Source of the DNA: Lachnospiraceae bacterium UBA7086
Lineage (GTDB): Bacteria; Bacillota; Clostridia; Lachnospirales; Lachnospiraceae
Reading direction: 5' to 3'
Assembly (NCBI GenBank): GCA_002492525.1
Contig: DKZA01000010.1
Location: 21,715 to 85,714, forward strand
Length of the DNA stretch: 64,000 nucleotides
Positions 58,546 through 64,000 of the stretch are shown one piece after another. The translations under genes were made by a program, and so were the position numbers. The notes below the pieces were generated by a model. That model saw nothing but the letters and a program-made list of their open reading frames with translations. It was not told the DNA's origin and did not search any database. How positions within the stretch are numbered: the stretch's first letter is position 1; each line of letters opens with the position of its first letter.

Positions 58546-60416
58546 ATACGGAAATCTGGAAGGATGGAAAAATGAGGAGAAAACAACAAAAAGTCCAAAG
58601 AAGACTCATGAGAGGAAGAAATACCGGTAAGTTCATTGGCATCCTATCGCTTGGGCTTTCCTTAACGCTTCTGATATCGGCAGCGGCTCCTGCCGGTACG
58701 ATGAGTCAGGTGTATGCAACGGAAGATGGATATGAGGATGAATACAGAGAAGAGGTCAGTGAGAATCATACGAAGATAAAATATCTGGAACGGTCTTCCG
58801 ACCGGGTGATCACAGATGATGACCGTGCGGATGCGGATGCGGACATGCTCTACTATATGCAGAGCCTGGAAGTGCGCTATAAACTGGACGCCAAGGTGAT
58901 GGAAAACCTACATAAGGTGTTCGACAGCGCGGTATACTATATTGCCAATACAGAAATGACGCTCACCGAGATGTGGGCTTATGTAGCCAGTGCAAAATCT
59001 TCCATGGAGTCTGCGGCGGTGGAAAAAGTTACCATGACTACCAGTGAATTTCTGCAGGTGGCGGATAACTGGGAGACGCCTATAGTCAGTTACGGCCAGG
59101 CGGTATCCATCGTGCTTCCGGTGGTCAATTTTGGTACGGAAGAATTAAACGATCTGATCATAGAACCGGTGACTTCTACGCTGGTGACGGAATGGCCTTT
59201 TGAGCCGGATATGACCAATTATTTACAGACTGAACCCTTTATCCCCGGCTGTGAGACCAAGGAAGCGGCTATGGCAAACCGCAGGGAGTTTACCTTCCAT
59301 TTCACCACCAGAAGCGATGTGATGAGCGGTTACTATCCTTTGAAATTTAAGATTTCTTATACGAAGGCAGGGGTTCGCAGTGAAGAACCCATAGAACTGA
59401 CTGTGTATGTAAAGACGATTGGTAAGCCGGGCAGCGGCATTATCGGCGGCAGCGGACAGGAAGCCTCCGGCGCCAAGCCGCGTATCGTGGTGACGGGATT
59501 TGAGACAAATCCGGCAAACGTGTATGCGGGAGATACCTTTACACTGACAATTCATGTACAGAATACAGCCAAAGATACGGCAGTGACCAATGTACTTTTT
59601 GATATGCAGGCAGCCCAGGAAGGGGAAGATAAAACCAACACCTATTCGGCATTTCTGCCCACTTCCGGATCCAGTTCTGTCTATATGGATAAAATAGGGG
59701 CAGATACAACGGCGGACATTGTGATTGAGATGACGGCTAAGGCGGATCTCGCACAGAAACCTTATGTGCTGGATGTGAATATGAAATATGATGCCAGCAC
59801 CATGTTTGATCTGACAGATAAGGCCAGTGTGTCGATACCGATTTTGCAGGAAAGCCGGTTTGATACCAGTATCCCGGAGGTAGTACCATCGGATATCGAG
59901 GTAGGTTCCCAGTCTAACGTTATGTTTAGCATTTATAATACGGGAAAAACTACTTTATATAATGTGCAGGTGAAATTTATTGCAGACTCTATAGAGGAGG
60001 CTTCCGCTTTCGTAGGCAATCTGCAGTCCGGGAATACGGGTAATGTGGATGTGATGCTGACCGGTGCCTCGGCCACTATGGATGACGGTACTATTGTCAT
60101 GGAGATTTCCTATGAGGATGAGGCAGGCAATGTGACAACACAGGAAAAGACCATCACACTGTTTGTTAACGAAGTTTATATGGATGATATGATGATGGGC
60201 GACGATATGATGGGCGATGATATGATGATGGAAGAGGGGCAGGGACCTAATAAGGGATTGATTGCAGGCATTGTGGCGGCCTGCGCGGTCGTTGCGGTGG
60301 CGGTGCTGGTGGTATTCTTAAAGCTGCGCAAAAAGAAAAAGGCAGCTCAGGCATTGGCGGAAGAGATAGCCGATCTGGAAAAAGAACTGGAGCAGGATGA
60401 GGATAAGAAAGAATGA
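58542..60416 (+). CDS. Surface Ig-like (COG1361-type) protein with signal peptide and C-terminal TM anchor
   Basis: PRIVVTGF, GDTFTLTIHVQN, NTGK...NVQV repeats; sits between ATPase and permease. Confidence 0.75.
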   Translation: MNTEIWKDGKMRRKQQKVQRRLMRGRNTGKFIGILSLGLSLTLLISAAAPAGTMSQVYATEDGYEDEYREEVSENHTKIKYLERSSDRVITDDDRADADADMLYYMQSLEVRYKLDAKVMENLHKVFDSAVYYIANTEMTLTEMWAYVASAKSSMESAAVEKVTMTTSEFLQVADNWETPIVSYGQAVSIVLPVVNFGTEELNDLIIEPVTSTLVTEWPFEPDMTNYLQTEPFIPGCETKEAAMANRREFTFHFTTRSDVMSGYYPLKFKISYTKAGVRSEEPIELTVYVKTIGKPGSGIIGGSGQEASGAKPRIVVTGFETNPANVYAGDTFTLTIHVQNTAKDTAVTNVLFDMQAAQEGEDKTNTYSAFLPTSGSSSVYMDKIGADTTADIVIEMTAKADLAQKPYVLDVNMKYDASTMFDLTDKASVSIPILQESRFDTSIPEVVPSDIEVGSQSNVMFSIYNTGKTTLYNVQVKFIADSIEEASAFVGNLQSGNTGNVDVMLTGASATMDDGTIVMEISYEDEAGNVTTQEKTITLFVNEVYMDDMMMGDDMMGDDMMMEEGQGPNKGLIAGIVAACAVVAVAVLVVFLKLRKKKKAAQALAEEIADLEKELEQDEDKKE

Positions 60417-61765
60417 AGTTTCTGGATTTGCTGCGTATGAGCAGCTCTAACCTCTGGAAAAGAAAAGTGAGGACGATTCTGACGGTGCTTGGAGTCGTGA
60501 TCGGTGTGGCATCTATTGTGGTTATGATATCACTGGGACTCGGTTTAAGCCGTTCTCTGATGGCACAGTACGAGTCTTACGGGAGCCTGACACAGATTGA
60601 GGTGAATGAACCTTGGAATGATTCTTCGTCGGAGGAAGTAAAACGTCTTGATCAGAAACTGATTGACGAGATTCTTACCATGGAATATGTGGAGTCTGTC
60701 TATCCGGTGCTGGATACCCAGGCGATGGCCAAGTATGGAAGCTATGAGGGATACCTGCAGATACAGGCAATTCCCAAAGAGGCGTTTGAGGATATGAATA
60801 TCAAAGTGGGGCAAGGACAGCTCCCCGGGAATGATGACCAGCTGAAATTTTTCTATGGATGTGAAGTACTGCAGAATTTCAGGAACAGTAAGGGGAGCGG
60901 CGGAAGTTACTGGGAGACGGGTGTTTTGCCGGATATTGATTTGATGAACGATCCCATCTTTGTTATTTTTGATATGGATGCTTATTATAATGCAGGAACA
61001 ACGGATGAGAACGGGCAGACCCGGAAACCGCCCAAGAAATATCTGATTGAGACCTGCGGTGTGGAAGAAACGCCGGGAGAAGATCAGTGGTCGCAGTATG
61101 GGTGGTATACATTTTGTGATATCGATCAGCTGATGACGGAATTAAAGAAGATTTTTAAGAATAAACCGATTCCCGGACAGCCCACTACCAAGACAGGTAA
61201 GCCATATAAGGAAATATTCTACAATCGTCTTTTGGTGAATGTAGATAACATGGATCATGTGATGGAGATACAAAATTACTTGACAAATCTTGGCTATAAT
61301 GCTTACAGCCAGGCAGAGTGGGTGGAATCGGAACAAAAGACCATGGGATATATCCAGGCAGTACTTGGCGGAATTGGCGCTGTTTCTTTGTTTGTGGCGG
61401 CTATCGGTATCACCAACACGATGATGATGTCAATCTATGAGCGGACAAAAGAAATCGGGGTTATGAAAGTGTTAGGCTGTGACCTTCGTAATATCCGAAG
61501 CCTGTTTTTGATGGAGGCTGGATTTATCGGATTTATCGGCGGAGTAATCGGATTGATTTTAAGCTTCATACTTTCTGTTGTGATCAATCATGTTTCGGCG
61601 TCGATGTCACAAAATATGACAGATATGTCGGGAATTTCTTATATTCCCATCTGGCTGGTGTTTTTGTCATTGATATTTGCCATATTGGTAGGTATGGTGG
61701 CAGGCTTCTTTCCGGCCAGAAGAGCGATGCGGTTAAGTCCGTTGGCGGCGATTCGGAATGAGTAA
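60413..61765 (+). CDS. ABC transporter permease (MacB/FtsX family)
   Basis: RTILTVLGVVIG, GITNTMMMSIYERTKEIGVMK, PARRA. Confidence 0.93.
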   Translation: MKFLDLLRMSSSNLWKRKVRTILTVLGVVIGVASIVVMISLGLGLSRSLMAQYESYGSLTQIEVNEPWNDSSSEEVKRLDQKLIDEILTMEYVESVYPVLDTQAMAKYGSYEGYLQIQAIPKEAFEDMNIKVGQGQLPGNDDQLKFFYGCEVLQNFRNSKGSGGSYWETGVLPDIDLMNDPIFVIFDMDAYYNAGTTDENGQTRKPPKKYLIETCGVEETPGEDQWSQYGWYTFCDIDQLMTELKKIFKNKPIPGQPTTKTGKPYKEIFYNRLLVNVDNMDHVMEIQNYLTNLGYNAYSQAEWVESEQKTMGYIQAVLGGIGAVSLFVAAIGITNTMMMSIYERTKEIGVMKVLGCDLRNIRSLFLMEAGFIGFIGGVIGLILSFILSVVINHVSASMSQNMTDMSGISYIPIWLVFLSLIFAILVGMVAGFFPARRAMRLSPLAAIRNE

Positions 61766-61811
61766 GGTGGATCTCAAATGAGGAGTGAGATAAAACGGAC
61801 GTAAAGCGGAC

Positions 61812-61948
61812 GCGCAAATGAGAGGTGATTCCTACGGCACCGCGCTTCCGCTCCGCAAAAAGCGCAGCAGGTGCTAAACTCGTGAAAAACCTCGTTAAGC
61901 ACTGGCGCTTTTTGAGGGGTGCCTTAAGGAATCATCTCTCATTTGCGC
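61812..61948. repeat. 137-bp nested inverted-repeat element (REP/MITE-like or large terminator)
   Basis: 22-bp arms with one mismatch (61812-61833 and 61927-61948); inner AAAAAGCGC/GCGCTTTTT and GTGCTAAAC/GTTAAGCAC stems. Confidence 0.8.
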
Positions 61949-61962
61949 TGTGTTTTGGTTTA

Positions 61963-62085
61963 GTGTAGATATGGCATAGATATGGGAAATGTGGATATAA
62001 GAATGTAGATATGGATATAGATATGAGAATGTAGATATGTGGAACATGGATATGGAAAATTTAATTATAAGAATATAGATATCGG
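61963..62085 (+). repeat. Degenerate direct-repeat array with TRGATAT core
   Basis: About eight copies, e.g. TGTAGATATGG, CATAGATATGG, TGTGGATATAAG, TGTAGATATGG, TATAGATATGAG. Confidence 0.7.
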
Positions 62086-62325
62086 AATTGATTGGAACAG
62101 GAATGTATTAGTAAGTAGATATTGGAGGGGATACTGCGTAATCTGTGAATTAACATAATATTTATGTATGTTAATATTTTTCGGAAGTGGTTTTGAAGAA
62201 ATTAAGAAAAAATAAAGAAAATAAAGGAAAAAATACTTGCTTTTTCTTCCAGAAATGTTGTATGATAGATTTACATAAATATTTATTATGGTAATGTTAA
62301 ATGAGATTGTATTGGAGGAGTAAGG

Positions 62326-63372
62326 ATGAAAAAGCATAGAATTGTACAATGGTGTCTGGCATTGTGTCTGGCATTTGGTCTGTTGATTCTTCCGGCGGGG
62401 AAGATGGAGGTACAGGCGGCAGAAGTGATTGCGACAGTGCGAGGAACAATCCTGTCGGGAACAACTTCCCAATTGATGTATCTGGATACTTCCAGCGGAA
62501 AGATGGAAGTAAAAATTGATAGTGGAACGGACACCAGCAGCTGTAAAGTTTTACTGCCGGGTAAGGTGATAAGCGTTTCTCTTTCCCATGGTTCGGACGG
62601 TTATCTGCATGCGGTGAAGATTACGGCGGAGGCACAGGATTCTGCAGTCACATTAGATATGTCCGGTGTTTCTACGGTGACGGGGACTCTCAATGAAAAG
62701 ACCAAGAACGATGTGCTGTGTCTGGATACGCAATATGGTCTTATGGAATTGAAATATGACAGCAGCCTGGATATGAGCGGGTGTTCTATTCTGGTTCTGG
62801 GACAGAATTATACGGTTAAATGTGCCAGAGGATCTGATGCTTACATGCATGCCATCAGTATCAGCGATTCCTCATCTTATGCTGGGACCTCTTCTTATAT
62901 ACCCAATAACAGCAATTCCTCCAATTCCGTTACGGGAAAGGTGACCAGCGATACAACGCCGGAGATTTTGTTTTTGTCTACCACGGATGGAGTGATGCAG
63001 TTTAAGATTGACAGTAACGCGGATACCAGCAGAGGTATGGTACATACAAAAGACAATAAACTGACAGTATATTTCTATCATGGCTCTGACGGATATCTGC
63101 ATGCTACAGGAATTGTAGGCGAGAAGGAGAGTTCCTCGGATGTGACAATAGATACTTCTTCCACCTCTACAGTGTCAGGACAGGTTATGAAGAAATCCAC
63201 GGAGAATATTCTTTGTCTGGATACCCGTTATGGGGAGATGGAACTTAAGATGGATAAGGTGGAAGCCGGAAATGACGGCAAAGCCTTAGTCAAGGATATG
63301 TGGGTTACCGTGACCTGTGCGAGAGGATCGGATGCTTATATGCATGCACTCAAGATTACTTCGCTGCGGTAA
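62326..63372 (+). CDS. Secreted protein with four ~75-aa beta-rich repeats
   Basis: Signal peptide; four copies of V.G.....T....L.L.T..G.M..K.D...GSD.Y.HA..I. Confidence 0.8.
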   Translation: MKKHRIVQWCLALCLAFGLLILPAGKMEVQAAEVIATVRGTILSGTTSQLMYLDTSSGKMEVKIDSGTDTSSCKVLLPGKVISVSLSHGSDGYLHAVKITAEAQDSAVTLDMSGVSTVTGTLNEKTKNDVLCLDTQYGLMELKYDSSLDMSGCSILVLGQNYTVKCARGSDAYMHAISISDSSSYAGTSSYIPNNSNSSNSVTGKVTSDTTPEILFLSTTDGVMQFKIDSNADTSRGMVHTKDNKLTVYFYHGSDGYLHATGIVGEKESSSDVTIDTSSTSTVSGQVMKKSTENILCLDTRYGEMELKMDKVEAGNDGKALVKDMWVTVTCARGSDAYMHALKITSLR

Positions 63373-63378
63373 GTATGA

Positions 63379-64000
<622 letters not shown>

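Noticed and set aside
60180-60232. GATGATATGATG repeats
   Set aside because: Low-complexity Met/Asp linker within a surface protein
61963-62085. CRISPR array
   Set aside because: Units are short and degenerate, with no unique spacers and no cas genes

Overview
Chromosomal window from a Firmicute, probably Lachnospiraceae/Clostridia (judged from gene content, Shine-Dalgarno usage and sigma-28/sporulation-type promoters). Most of it is housekeeping and accessory metabolism: bioYBDA with a BirA operator, GH112 phosphorylase plus NahK-like kinase, Lhr helicase, pepT, BlaI/BlaR-like pair, mecA, DEAD-box helicase, gpmI, two ABC systems and the 5' part of eno. Two accessory regions stand out. (1) 3261-4680, AT-rich: a DUF3800-type RNase H-fold gene with a coiled-coil tail, followed by an apparently independently transcribed, highly structured ~160-nt non-coding RNA (near-consensus promoter, multi-stem fold, possible loop-loop contact, intrinsic terminator). 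This is my best candidate for an uncharacterised RNA-protein system. (2) ~19400-27640, a probable defence hotspot: a Type IIH-like (AhdI/PshAI architecture) R-M system with C-boxes and a GACN4GTC site beside the methylase promoter; an operon of dynamin-like GTPase, membrane coiled-coil protein and triple zinc-ribbon protein with a palindrome in its promoter; and an MNT-HEPN toxin-antitoxin pair with a frameshifted toxin. I saw no tRNA, rRNA, CRISPR array, transposase or integrase. All family calls come from motif recognition by eye, not database searches.
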